Origin: Minisyncoccota bacterium
Lineage (GTDB): Bacteria > Patescibacteriota > Minisyncoccia > Phycocordibacterales > UBA2100
DNA length: 64,000 nt
Assembly (NCBI GenBank): GCA_031291875.1
Contig: JARLIE010000040.1
Coordinates: 3,011 to 67,010 of the forward strand
Direction of reading: 5' to 3'
In this document: positions 1 through 9,324 of the stretch, in pieces
How positions within the stretch are numbered: position 1 is the first letter of the stretch
How the letters are laid out: every line of letters starts with the position of its first letter
The notes under the pieces: generated by a model
Database searches by the model: none
What the model was told of the DNA's origin: nothing
Seen by the model: only the letters and a program-made list of their open reading frames with translations
Made by a program: the position numbers and the translations under genes

Positions 1-50
1 GATTTTGATAGTCATTTGAGAAATCTGCGATAAGCACCTGGGGTGCGTGG

Positions 51-1595
51 GTGAAACCCACGCATATGTCAATACTCGTAATATTACTCCTCCTCGCCAT
101 CGGCGCAGTTGTCGGCGGTACGGCCGGCTATTTCGCCCGGTTCTTCATCTCGCTCGGCCAGAAAGGTTCGATGGAGCTGCAGATCCGGAAGATGATGCTC
201 GATGCCGAAGAACACGCCAAAAAAATCATCGAAGAGGCTGAAGCTCGCGGACAAGAAAAAGTTGAGCAACTTACAGCCGAATATAAGGAGCGCGAACGTG
301 ACTTGAGAGGTACAGAGGAGCGTTTGGTTCGCAAAGAAGAGATGCTCGACTCAAGACAGCTCAAGATCGACGGCGATGAAGCTAACCTGGCTAAAAAGAC
401 CGAAGATGTAGTCGCTGCCAAGGCAAAAGCCGATGAGTTAGTGCGCGCGCAGCAGGAAAAACTCGAAAAACTTGCCGATCTTTCCGCCGAGGAAGCGAAG
501 AGCGAACTCATTAAAACAATAGAAAAGCAGTATGAGAATGATATCGAGAGCCGAATGCGCAAACTCGATATCTCTGGAAACGAAAAGCTCGAACAGCGCG
601 CTAATGAAATACTGACAACGGCCGTTCATCGCCTCGGTAACTCAGTGGTTTCTGATATCCTTGCGACAACGATCACGCTCCCCAACGACGAGATCAAGGG
701 TAAAATCATCGGCAAAGAAGGCCGAAACATTCGCCAATTTGAGCGCTCGACCGGAGTCGATGTGATCGTTGACGACACGCCGGGCACTATCACGCTCTCA
801 TCGTATGATCCGATCCGACGCCAGATTGCTCGTATCGCACTGGAGAACTTGATCCTAGACGGACGTATCCAGCCCGCAAAAATTGAAGAAGCAGTACAAA
901 AAGCAGAGCAGGAGATCAACAACATCATCAAAAAGAAAGGTGCGGAAGCTGCCTACAACGCAAAAGTTCAAAATATTGACCCGAAGCTCCTGCAGATTCT
1001 CGGACGCCTCTATTTCCGCACGAGTTACGGCCAAAACGTTCTTGACCACTCGGTCGAGGTCGCGCATCTCGCGGGCATGCTCGCTGAGGAATTGGGTGCA
1101 GATCCTGCCGTTGCACGAGCTGGAGCGCTCTTCCACGACATCGGCAAAGCCGTCGACCACGAAGTTCCCGGTACACACGTTGAGATCGGCCGAAGAATAC
1201 TGGCGAAATTCGGTGTTGATGAACGTGTAATCAAGGCCATGCAGGCGCACCATGAAGAATATCCGTACGAAACACCGGAATCGATGATAGTACAGGTCGC
1301 AGACGCGATTTCCGGTGGTCGCCCCGGAGCCCGTCGCGACTCTGTAGAGAACTACATCAAGCGCCTGGAGGATCTTGAAGCTATCGCCAATCAAGAACCC
1401 GGCGTCGAAAAGAGCTATGCGATCGCGGCCGGTCGCGAACTTCGCGTCATCATTAAGCCAGAGCAGGTTTCCGATCTGGAATCTCGAGAAATTGCACGTC
1501 ATATTGCCGACAAGATTGAGAAGGAGCTCCAATATCCGGGCGAGATTAAGGTTTCAGTCATTCGCGAGATGCGTGTTATCGAGTACGCGCGATAG
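51..1595 (+). CDS. rny: Ribonuclease Y
   Basis: N-terminal TM helix and coiled coil, KH motif (KGKIIGKEGRNIR), HD motif (LFHDIGK), C-terminal GRELRV...YPGEIKV. Confidence 0.96.
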   Translation: MKPTHMSILVILLLLAIGAVVGGTAGYFARFFISLGQKGSMELQIRKMMLDAEEHAKKIIEEAEARGQEKVEQLTAEYKERERDLRGTEERLVRKEEMLDSRQLKIDGDEANLAKKTEDVVAAKAKADELVRAQQEKLEKLADLSAEEAKSELIKTIEKQYENDIESRMRKLDISGNEKLEQRANEILTTAVHRLGNSVVSDILATTITLPNDEIKGKIIGKEGRNIRQFERSTGVDVIVDDTPGTITLSSYDPIRRQIARIALENLILDGRIQPAKIEEAVQKAEQEINNIIKKKGAEAAYNAKVQNIDPKLLQILGRLYFRTSYGQNVLDHSVEVAHLAGMLAEELGADPAVARAGALFHDIGKAVDHEVPGTHVEIGRRILAKFGVDERVIKAMQAHHEEYPYETPESMIVQVADAISGGRPGARRDSVENYIKRLEDLEAIANQEPGVEKSYAIAAGRELRVIIKPEQVSDLESREIARHIADKIEKELQYPGEIKVSVIREMRVIEYAR

Positions 1596-1611
1596 AATTT
1601 AATCAGTTTGC

Positions 1612-1645
1612 TAAGAAAAGAGGGTCTTCGGACCCTCTTTTCTTA
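1612..1645. terminator. Intrinsic terminator hairpin
   Basis: TAAGAAAAGAGGGTC-TTCG-GACCCTCTTTTCTTA perfect inverted repeat after the rny stop. Confidence 0.85.
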
Positions 1646-1757
1646 TTTCAGGTGCCTGTGGATAGCCAACCAGACTCTATTTGACATGCCCAAAATACGG
1701 CCCAAAATGGTCTTATAGTGAGGTCGAGTGCGAAATTTATCATTACATACAACTGAT

Positions 1758-2033
1758 ATGGCAAATAAAATGGATTTGGTGGAGCGTGTCGCTCAGACGA
1801 TTGGCTCCACAAAAGCCGATGCCGAACGCGCGGTCGAGGCGATCATTTCGATGATCACGGAGAAACTTAAGGGCGGCGAGGAGGTTTCCGTTGCCGGCCT
1901 GGGTATTTTCGAAGCAAAAACCCGCGCAGGCCGCATGGGTCGCAACCCGCGAACCGGTGCGACTATTCAAATCAAGGCGATGAAAGTGCCGAAGTTCCGC
2001 GCTTCCAAGACTTTGAAAGACGCGATCAAGTAA
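1758..2033 (+). CDS. hup: HU family DNA-binding protein
   Basis: MANKMDLVERVA...GLGIFE...GRNPRTG...KVPKFRASKTLKDAIK; ATG at 1758. Confidence 0.95.
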   Translation: MANKMDLVERVAQTIGSTKADAERAVEAIISMITEKLKGGEEVSVAGLGIFEAKTRAGRMGRNPRTGATIQIKAMKVPKFRASKTLKDAIK

Positions 2034-2049
2034 TTTTACGATTGATCGG

Positions 2050-2078
2050 AAAAAACCGCCCTGTTGGGCGGTTTTTTT
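2050..2078. terminator. Bidirectional terminator
   Basis: AAAAAACCGCCC-TGTT-GGGCGGTTTTTT between convergent genes. Confidence 0.8.
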
Positions 2079-2079
2079 G

Positions 2080-4287
2080 CTACCACTTACCGCATCCACC
2101 GAAGAGCGATTTAAAGAGCGAACATTGCTGCTGTGGCTGATTTGCGTTCGAGCTGCTGGGGGTGAAGAGCGATAACACGCTGTTGATCCAGCCCTGCACC
2201 ACATGTACGATCGAAACGACTGGATCTTCAGCAGCCGTAGCCTGTACTTGTATCGTACTGGTCGCAGGCGGATTTATGTCTACGACCGGTTTTGAGCTGG
2301 TTGGCGACGATTCGAATGAGCTCTCTGGGATGCATTGGCCATACTGATCGCACCATTGATTGTTTTGCTTCACATAAAACGGCGCGCCCGCAGCAGGTAC
2401 AGGTGTTTGCAGTACCGAAGAATTGCTTGCGACGACACTGACTCCCTGCGCACCCGGGATTTGCACTGAGACAGGCGAGATTTGTTGGCCAGATACCATA
2501 CCGATCGATGTCGTCGATGCTGACGTGGCCGTTGTCGTTGCAAAGGGTCCCTGGTCAACGATGGATTGGAGCTGGCGAACCTGTTGGAACTGAGCGGGAG
2601 CAGCATTTTCAAGTAACCCAAGTGCATTGTCGCAAACGCTGTCGCAAACTCCCGCCTGCTTTGCTCGCTCCCAAGCGACAATTTGCGCTTCTAGCCACTG
2701 ATAGTTGTTTTGAGCCTGAGCTAGATTCGCTTCAGCAACATAATATTGTTCCGACACGTTTTGATAATTTTCAAGGCCATTAATCGCGTTCAATGCAAGC
2801 TGCGTTGAACTGGGAATCTGTGCGTTCATTGCAATGGTGAGGGTTGTGGGAGAAATCCCTTGCTGATCCGTCGCGTTTTGGCCAATTTGCACCAAACTCA
2901 AAATACTCGAGGGTGCTAGTGTAGCCGCTCCTGAAATATTCCCCATATTTTCTACCAAAGAAGCAATGTCGCTCGGAGAGGTAATCTTTGCTCCTCCGGT
3001 AAAGAGATCGAGATAGGATTGATAGTCGGTCGATTGAGGTTGATAGGTCTGGGTAGAGTGTGTTGTTTGCGAAATAGTAACGTTCGATGTATTTGTCGGT
3101 TGTGATACTCGTGCCAGAGTTGTCAAAACCGGATTTGGCTGAACAACGATGCGCGTATTTTCTACTACGTTTGTTTGCGAAGAGCCTGATGAGTCCGAAG
3201 AGCCTCCCGAGGAAGCACCGCTCAACAAACCTGAAACAAAGCTAAAGAACGCATTTATCCCAGAATTTCCAATGGAAGAGATGGCGTTGGTGAGCGGAGA
3301 ACTTGCAGATACGTTCACACCTCCGTTTCCGGACGCACTATAGTTCTGACCACCTCCCCCAAAGGTAGGTTTCGTGGGGGTATAGACCCCTGTCCCCGTG
3401 TAGCCACTCGGAGAAGCTTGGGTAGGTGTAAAGGGATTTGCGGGTGCGCTCGGGGTAGTTGCGGTATTTCCGAGTCCTGGTGTGCCATTAAAGGCCGGCG
3501 TTGGTTGCGGGGCCGGTGTTGGAGTTGTAGAAACTGGGACTGAAGGGATCTGACTACCAGTTGAACCCGATCCAGCCCCTGGAGTAACCGGTCCCGAGCT
3601 TACCGGAGAAGGAGTTACCGGTGTGGCGCCGCTCCCGTTTACAGATCCGCTCGTTCCAGCACCACTCGGATTGCTGCCTGGGGAAGACGTTGGTGGCACT
3701 TGTGTACCACTCGCAGGCCCTGTACTCACTGGGGGCTGTGTTGAGACTGGGGGTTTATCAGGCGACACAGCAGGAGGCTGGGGCTGAGATCCAGTTCCCG
3801 CAGGGGCTCCGTTCCCCGCGGCAACCTGTGTTTGACCAGTTGCCTCACATACGCTCGGGCACTGACAAGTGCCGTGAATGATTACGCCACTTGTGCCGCC
3901 AGGCTCGCTGCATTGTCGGCCTTTTTCGCATTGTACTTCCGTCCCATTTACTATCTTTACCGTCGGATAATCGCAGCTGTAGTCATACTTAGGAGAAGCA
4001 GCCGGACACTGATCGTTTGCCGTGTTTAATTGGGAACTTTTTGAAACACTGCAGGTAACCGGAACCAAATTCGAGGTGGAGCCAGATCCGGAGCCACTTC
4101 CAGACGTGCCAATATCTGTCGGGCCCGTCGCAGCTATAGATGTATTCGGATGAGAAGACAGCGCAAGAGCCGTCAACACGATCGCCAGTGCAATAACCAG
4201 GCTCACGCCCTTTAGCCGCATTGGAACCATAATAGCAAGCAAAAGAGCTGTAAAAATCGAATCAGTGGATACGTGACTGATTTCCAC
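2080..4287 (-). CDS. Large secreted/surface protein: Cys-rich N-terminal domain, P/S/T/G low-complexity linker, helical C-terminal part
   Basis: 735-aa ORF with a hydrophobic signal-like N-terminus, multiple Cys pairs and P/S/T-rich tracts; the true start may be downstream (e.g. MVPMRLKG). Confidence 0.7.
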   Translation of the reverse strand: MEISHVSTDSIFTALLLAIMVPMRLKGVSLVIALAIVLTALALSSHPNTSIAATGPTDIGTSGSGSGSGSTSNLVPVTCSVSKSSQLNTANDQCPAASPKYDYSCDYPTVKIVNGTEVQCEKGRQCSEPGGTSGVIIHGTCQCPSVCEATGQTQVAAGNGAPAGTGSQPQPPAVSPDKPPVSTQPPVSTGPASGTQVPPTSSPGSNPSGAGTSGSVNGSGATPVTPSPVSSGPVTPGAGSGSTGSQIPSVPVSTTPTPAPQPTPAFNGTPGLGNTATTPSAPANPFTPTQASPSGYTGTGVYTPTKPTFGGGGQNYSASGNGGVNVSASSPLTNAISSIGNSGINAFFSFVSGLLSGASSGGSSDSSGSSQTNVVENTRIVVQPNPVLTTLARVSQPTNTSNVTISQTTHSTQTYQPQSTDYQSYLDLFTGGAKITSPSDIASLVENMGNISGAATLAPSSILSLVQIGQNATDQQGISPTTLTIAMNAQIPSSTQLALNAINGLENYQNVSEQYYVAEANLAQAQNNYQWLEAQIVAWERAKQAGVCDSVCDNALGLLENAAPAQFQQVRQLQSIVDQGPFATTTATSASTTSIGMVSGQQISPVSVQIPGAQGVSVVASNSSVLQTPVPAAGAPFYVKQNNQWCDQYGQCIPESSFESSPTSSKPVVDINPPATSTIQVQATAAEDPVVSIVHVVQGWINSVLSLFTPSSSNANQPQQQCSLFKSLFGGCGKW

Positions 4288-4335
4288 AATTACCTCATTT
4301 ACAGTTTATGTGTATGACTACGGTTCTTAAGCTAG

Positions 4336-4361
4336 AAGTGTGCACACGAATGTGCACACTT
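4336..4361 (-). terminator. Hairpin downstream of histidine kinase gene
   Basis: AAGTGTGCACA-CGAA-TGTGCACACTT (UUCG loop on the minus strand); each arm is itself palindromic. Confidence 0.5.
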
Positions 4362-4412
4362 TTGCTTTATGCTACGAAGTGTTTCAGCACTTGAAAAATC
4401 AAAAACTTTATT

Positions 4413-5621
4413 TTATACAAGTGGAAATTCCGCAAAGAATGTCGAACCACCCTTTGCGCCGGCCGACCTAGCCCAAACACGACCGCCGTGTCTTTCTACA
4501 ATTTGTTTTGCAATAAAGAGTCCGTACCCTGTAGATTCAGGATTTACATCGCGTGAATGTTCACCATGACCACCCTGTGTAAAGAGTTTTTGCATGTCGA
4601 TCTCACTAATGCCTACTCCTGTATCGGAGACAGAAACACGAGCCATGCCGTTGATCCGCTCGAGCATCACGTCAACCTGCCCAGCTGGAGTATAACGAAT
4701 CGCGTTATCGATAAAATTGCGAATGACATGACGTTCTATTTTTTCTTGATCACCGTCAATGAAACATGGTCCGTCTACAGAAGAAACGAGTGAAAGTTTT
4801 TTGGCGTTTGCGGAGGCGCGAAATTCTTCCACCATACGCTGTACGCTTTGAGAAAGATCGAACCGCTGTTTTACCAGACGTACCTCGCCGCTTTCGAGAC
4901 TAGCATTGTCCAATATCGACATGACCGTTTCGACTCCCCTTTGCGTGTCTTCAAGCGCACTGTGTGCCATGCCAGCCAAGGGCTCCGTCACTGGCCCGTA
5001 ATCCCCTTCAATAATGGCGGCAAATGCAGCCTTGCTCTTCGTTAGGTGCCCCTTTACTTCATGGCTCAAGAACTTCAAAAGCTCCTTCTGCTTGATTGTT
5101 GCCTCTTTCAATTCTCCATATCGATCATCCTGTTTCAGAATTATGGCGCAAACGTATTCAGGATTCGGTACTCCTTCGATCAGCGCATCCCCTTCATCGT
5201 TCGAAGTTCTTAAATTGAGGGTTCCAAAGTTGAAGAATGTTTCCAGAAAATTGTCCTGACGTGCGTCGACGTGCGCGACTTCATGCAAATTCCAACCAAG
5301 CACTTCCCTTTTTGTAAGACTTATCTGGGAGATAAAAAACAATCGTCTGTCGGTGACGACGATCATATCCAAGTAGTAATTACTCCACAGTATCGCCGCC
5401 ATAATAACTACTGCGAGCAAGCATCCCGGAAACAGAATTGCCGCGATAACATGTATACCCGAGTCGACTCCCGTCTGTGGCAGACTTGAAATCAAAAAAA
5501 GGAGTGTAAATGCGGCAAAGGCCGGGAGAGCTATATAAAACAAATCATGCAAGAACGATGCCCAGTGTTTATGTACCACCAAAAGCACCTGTTCATCGCT
5601 AGTTTCGAGTTCGTCAGTCAT
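4413..5621 (-). CDS. Membrane sensor histidine kinase with bacterial PH (bPH_2-like) domain
   Basis: 2 TM helices, then YYLDMIVVTDRRL...FNFGTLNL (bPH_2-like), H-box LSHEVKGHL, N-box RNFIDNAIRYT, G1 DTGVG, G2 GYGLFI. Confidence 0.85.
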   Translation of the reverse strand: MTDELETSDEQVLLVVHKHWASFLHDLFYIALPAFAAFTLLFLISSLPQTGVDSGIHVIAAILFPGCLLAVVIMAAILWSNYYLDMIVVTDRRLFFISQISLTKREVLGWNLHEVAHVDARQDNFLETFFNFGTLNLRTSNDEGDALIEGVPNPEYVCAIILKQDDRYGELKEATIKQKELLKFLSHEVKGHLTKSKAAFAAIIEGDYGPVTEPLAGMAHSALEDTQRGVETVMSILDNASLESGEVRLVKQRFDLSQSVQRMVEEFRASANAKKLSLVSSVDGPCFIDGDQEKIERHVIRNFIDNAIRYTPAGQVDVMLERINGMARVSVSDTGVGISEIDMQKLFTQGGHGEHSRDVNPESTGYGLFIAKQIVERHGGRVWARSAGAKGGSTFFAEFPLV

Positions 5622-5803
5622 AGCGGTACAAAGAAAGTAAGCAGCAAACAGGCGGCGCAAGAAACACCATAAATAGAGATGGCGAGAATTGCTGAAGTTC
5701 GGCTCATGGCAGATCGCGACCAGAGTCTCCAGAAAATGATCCCGAATGCGATTGCAGCGAGCAGTTCAAAAATGAGTGCGATCCAAGCAATGAAAAGAAT
5801 CAT
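5618..5803 (-). CDS. Small 2-TM membrane protein coupled to the kinase
   Basis: MILFIAWIALIFELLAAIAFGIIFW..., 61 aa; stop overlaps the kinase ATG (ATGA). Confidence 0.6.
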   Translation of the reverse strand: MILFIAWIALIFELLAAIAFGIIFWRLWSRSAMSRTSAILAISIYGVSCAACLLLTFFVPL

Positions 5804-5857
5804 AGCTCTAGTATATCGCAGTGATTTCTCTGCCGAGAATGTGTCGTCGTTTCTCTG

Positions 5858-5928
5858 TGCGAGATGCGGGAATCGAACCCGCGACCCAAGTTTGGAAAAC
5901 TCGTGTTTTGCCACTAAACTAATCTCGC
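5858..5928 (-). tRNA. tRNA-Gly(TCC)
   Basis: Reverse complement GCGAGAT...CGAGT-TTTCCAA-ACTTG...GGTTCGATTCC...ATCTCGCA cloverleaf; no encoded CCA. Confidence 0.93.
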
Positions 5929-6024
5929 CTTATTTTCGAAGCCGGACGTATTGCCTCGATTCAACGAAGACTAACAAATTTCTTAAAGCTTTTCATCTTT
6001 CTGCGAATCGTATATGCTCGCAGT

Positions 6025-7248
6025 ATGTCGCGAGCGATTTTCTTTAATGTGATCGCGATCATCGTCTTCCTTGTTGGAGTCGCATTTTTCTTTCAATACA
6101 TAGAGCCGTCAGAATCCAGCCCAAGTGTGGCCCAAAGAGAGGATCAGCTTTCTGCAGCAAACCTTCCTGTAAACGTCAGCACATCATCAAGTGCAACAGT
6201 GAACGCAAACGCCACAACGGGAACTTCGACTCCGACCACGACACTCGAGCATCTTTCATCAAGTACTGCGACCCCAACTAAATCCGCGGTCGCTAAAATA
6301 ACTAGTAATATAGCCAAAAAAACAGCATCAACGACATTGCAGGATCAGGGCACTCAAATTGAACGCATTAAAAGTCCATACGCGACTCCCCCGGAGTCAT
6401 TCGATCAGCTTAATGTGGATGTTCGATCTGCCTTGGTCAATATTCTTTGCGAACCAAGCGGCGGATCATCGCTCAATCCAATTTCTGGTTCCGGAGTTAT
6501 TATCGATCCAAAAGGCATTATCCTCACTAATGCTCATGTCGCGCAGTACGTGCTGTTATCCGAAAGCCCTCAAATCAATTTAAAGTGCTTCATCCGAACG
6601 GGCTCCCCCGCCTCCGCCCAATGGACAGCCGCGGTGCTATATATTCCTCCTGTCTGGGTGGCAGGACATGTAAATGAGATAGTTAAGCAGCACCCGACAG
6701 GTACGGGCGAGCACGATTACGCTCTTCTCTATATAACTGGCTCTACCGATGGTGGTCCGCTGCCAGCGTCTTTCCCCTACCTTCCCGTTGATACGCGACC
6801 TGCTATAGGGTTCCCAGGAGACCAAGTGTTAGTTGCAAGCTACCCAGCTGAACTGGTTGGTGGGATCGCGGCGCAGTACGACTTATACGCTGCCAGCTCC
6901 GTAACCACCATTAAGCAACTTCTAACCTTCGTCTCAAGCACACCGGATCTACTCTCGCTCGGAGGAATAATTGAGGCTCAAGGTGGGTCCTCCGGCGGCG
7001 CGGTAGTTAATGAATGGGGGCGCTTGATCGCGCTCATTGCCACAACAAGCAGTGGTTCTACGACAGCAGATAGAGACCTTCGCGCCATCGCTCTGAGCTA
7101 TATAAATACCGACATCAAGCAGCAGTCCGGTTCTGACCTTTCCACGATCTTGCAGGGGGACCCGGCTGGTGAAGTACAAAGTTTCTCTACTGCAATTGCA
7201 CCCAACCTTATTGAGTTGTACGTGAAACAACTCGGTGGAAACAACTAA
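6025..7248 (+). CDS. Membrane-anchored trypsin-like (S1, HtrA-like without PDZ) serine protease
   Basis: N-terminal TM, S/T-rich linker, GSGVII..ILTNAHV, DYALL, GGSSGGAVVNEWG catalytic motifs. Confidence 0.85.
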   Translation: MSRAIFFNVIAIIVFLVGVAFFFQYIEPSESSPSVAQREDQLSAANLPVNVSTSSSATVNANATTGTSTPTTTLEHLSSSTATPTKSAVAKITSNIAKKTASTTLQDQGTQIERIKSPYATPPESFDQLNVDVRSALVNILCEPSGGSSLNPISGSGVIIDPKGIILTNAHVAQYVLLSESPQINLKCFIRTGSPASAQWTAAVLYIPPVWVAGHVNEIVKQHPTGTGEHDYALLYITGSTDGGPLPASFPYLPVDTRPAIGFPGDQVLVASYPAELVGGIAAQYDLYAASSVTTIKQLLTFVSSTPDLLSLGGIIEAQGGSSGGAVVNEWGRLIALIATTSSGSTTADRDLRAIALSYINTDIKQQSGSDLSTILQGDPAGEVQSFSTAIAPNLIELYVKQLGGNN

Positions 7249-7258
7249 GTTTAATTTG

Positions 7259-7329
7259 TCGGGCCGCTGGGAATTGAACCCAGTCTACGTGCTCCCAAAG
7301 CACGCGTACTACCGGTATACGACGGCCCG
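7259..7329 (-). tRNA. tRNA-Pro(TGG)
   Basis: Reverse complement CGGGCCG...CGTGC-TTTGGGA-GCACG...GGTTCAATTCC...CGGCCCGA. Confidence 0.93.
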
Positions 7330-7395
7330 AATCACCGAATACTAGCACGACTTCTAAAAGACATTACAATCGCATAATGTCCTTTATATTTTCCT

Positions 7396-7803
7396 TTATA
7401 AAACCTGTTCAAATAGACGGCATCGTGCCTTACGTGTCCTTGATTCAAGAAACACTCCGACCACATCAATTTGGAAATCCAACCCGTTCCGAGTAGAGAT
7501 CATATAGAGTTCAGCAGTTCGCGCAAGCTTCTGTAACTTTTTCGGATGAACCTGTTCTTCAGGACGATAATGTGGACTTTCACGCGAAACATCAGGTAAT
7601 GAATTAACAGCAAGGGTCTTTACTTCCACAAACCTGATTGAGTTTCCCTTTTTCGCTATTATATCGATCTCGCCCCAAGGTTTCCTGTAATTGCGTTCGA
7701 CAACCTTATAACCTCTCCTTTCAAGGAAAAGAACGGCTATATCTTCGCCGATCCTACCCACAGTTGCCTTATCCATTTTTTCACCAGCTTCATTCGAATC
7801 CAT
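7396..7803 (-). CDS. yraN: YraN (UPF0102) nuclease
   Basis: GEDIAVLFLERRGY..ERNY...GEIDIIA...FVEVKT. Confidence 0.92.
   Translation of the reverse strand: MDSNEAGEKMDKATVGRIGEDIAVLFLERRGYKVVERNYRKPWGEIDIIAKKGNSIRFVEVKTLAVNSLPDVSRESPHYRPEEQVHPKKLQKLARTAELYMISTRNGLDFQIDVVGVFLESRTRKARCRLFEQVL
7576..7591. promoter_or_regulatory. parS-like site inside yraN
   Basis: ACTTTCACGCGAAACA, 13/16 match to TGTTTCACGTGAAACA. Confidence 0.5.
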
Positions 7804-7833
7804 GGGCTAATTATAAGTGATTTTGTCTGTCTA

Positions 7834-7849
7834 AATTTCACGAGAAACA
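7834..7849. promoter_or_regulatory. parS-like site
   Basis: AATTTCACGAGAAACA, 13/16 match to the parS consensus. Confidence 0.5.
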
Positions 7850-8103
7850 GTCCATTTGTTACTTATGAAACTAATTCACTGGTTGTTTTGGGTATAAAAG
7901 ACACGACTTAGATATGTCCTTTATCCACATATCCCCAGAGTTTTCCACAGTTTAAGCCGTAATTTCGATAGATTCTGCAAGAAGTTTTTCAATCATGGAC
8001 GTCGATTTTATGGCTTGTCCTATAGCTTTTTTGGATATTTTGAAAATATTGGAACACGTTTTGGCTATTGATGTTAATAGCTTTCTCATACTACGGTTCC
8101 GTT

Positions 8104-9069
8104 ATGCATAAGGTATCTGTCTTCCAGAAGCTATTTACTTCGGGCGTACTCTCGGCTGCGTTTCTTTTCTCCATAGCGCTTACCCCCAGCCACGCTGCCG
8201 CGCAATCAGCGAGTTCTATACAGACTCAACAGCTTCTTCCGCCCGGTCAAAACACCTGTCAGCAGATTTCTATAACGAACATTGATCCTCATGTTTACGG
8301 TGGTGTACTCGAGTCATTTGACGTTACGATATCGGACACTAACAATTCGTATGTTGGAGTATTCGCAGAAGTAGGGAACAACCCTATTCCACTTAATTTC
8401 ATTACCCGCTGGGCTGGTGCCCCAAACGGCTTGAGAATCCACGTTGATACGCCCGATACGCCTGTTTACGGCTCACTACCTGTTAACTTGACGCTGCTCT
8501 CCTCGCTCCCGGGAGCCCCTACCTGCATCACTACGATCACTTTTACTGTTGGGAAAGGTTCGCTCGGACAACAACCTGCAACCTCTAACAACACAATTCC
8601 GTCTTCTGTCCCGCACACAACACCAACACAGGCGACACGTGGCTCATCGTCAGGATCAGCTGTGGGCACGGGGAAGGGACAATCCTCCACTGTTGGCGCT
8701 CAGGGAAGCTCAAGTACGGCACTTTTGGGCTCGACTGTAGCCTCCGCAGGTAGTGCAAATTTCTTTAGCGCGATGTGCACCGGGAGCAACGCGTATCGCC
8801 TTTGGTTTGTCCTATTGATCATATATATCATCATTGTCGCTATCGTTGTCTTTGCAGAACCGTGGTTCCTGGAGAGTTCCGTTATCGGTTCCACTGCAAC
8901 GGTCCTCGTGCCATTGATCCTCCTGCTTGGTTTCTGGTACCTCTCAGCTTCATGCAGGGCCGCTTCTTGGATTCCGGTCGTTGCGTGTGTAATCGCAATC
9001 ATTGGACTCTTCCTCGCATTTAGAGAATACGAACTCCCGCCGCTCCTTCCTGCTCCTTCTGAGCAGTAG
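8104..9069 (+). CDS. Hypothetical exported protein with C-terminal 3-TM anchor
   Basis: Signal peptide, beta-rich domain, S/G/T linker, three hydrophobic helices; ATG at 8104. Confidence 0.7.
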   Translation: MHKVSVFQKLFTSGVLSAAFLFSIALTPSHAAAQSASSIQTQQLLPPGQNTCQQISITNIDPHVYGGVLESFDVTISDTNNSYVGVFAEVGNNPIPLNFITRWAGAPNGLRIHVDTPDTPVYGSLPVNLTLLSSLPGAPTCITTITFTVGKGSLGQQPATSNNTIPSSVPHTTPTQATRGSSSGSAVGTGKGQSSTVGAQGSSSTALLGSTVASAGSANFFSAMCTGSNAYRLWFVLLIIYIIIVAIVVFAEPWFLESSVIGSTATVLVPLILLLGFWYLSASCRAASWIPVVACVIAIIGLFLAFREYELPPLLPAPSEQ

Positions 9070-9115
9070 GGACGCATTGCTCGCAGTATCTTGTGCGGTT
9101 ATAATCGGACGCGCT

Positions 9116-9186
9116 GCGGATATGGTTTAGTGGTAGAACGCGTCCTTGCCAAGGACGAGATCGGGGTTCGATTCCCCGTATCCGCA
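9116..9186 (+). tRNA. tRNA-Gly(GCC)
   Basis: GCGGATA...CGTCC-TTGCCAA-GGACG...GGTTCGATTCC...TATCCGCA. Confidence 0.95.
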
Positions 9187-9218
9187 CAGAAACAAAAAAG
9201 GTAGTATTATTCGACAAC

Positions 9219-9290
9219 GCTCTCGTGGTGAAACGGATATCACGGCAGTCTTCGGAACTGCTATTCCAGGTTCGAATCCTGGCGGGAGCA
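9219..9290 (+). tRNA. tRNA-Arg(TCG)
   Basis: GCTCTCG...GCAGT-CTTCGGA-ACTGC...GGTTCGAATCC...CGGGAGCA. Confidence 0.92.
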
Positions 9291-9324
9291 ATCTATAAAA
9301 CTGTTTGTGGGGTACAATAATTCG

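Noticed and set aside
5679-6047. ORFs overlapping tRNA genes (also 9020-9217, 59005-59280, 63669-63954)
   Set aside because: Shadow ORFs across clear tRNA cloverleaves, with no protein-like features.
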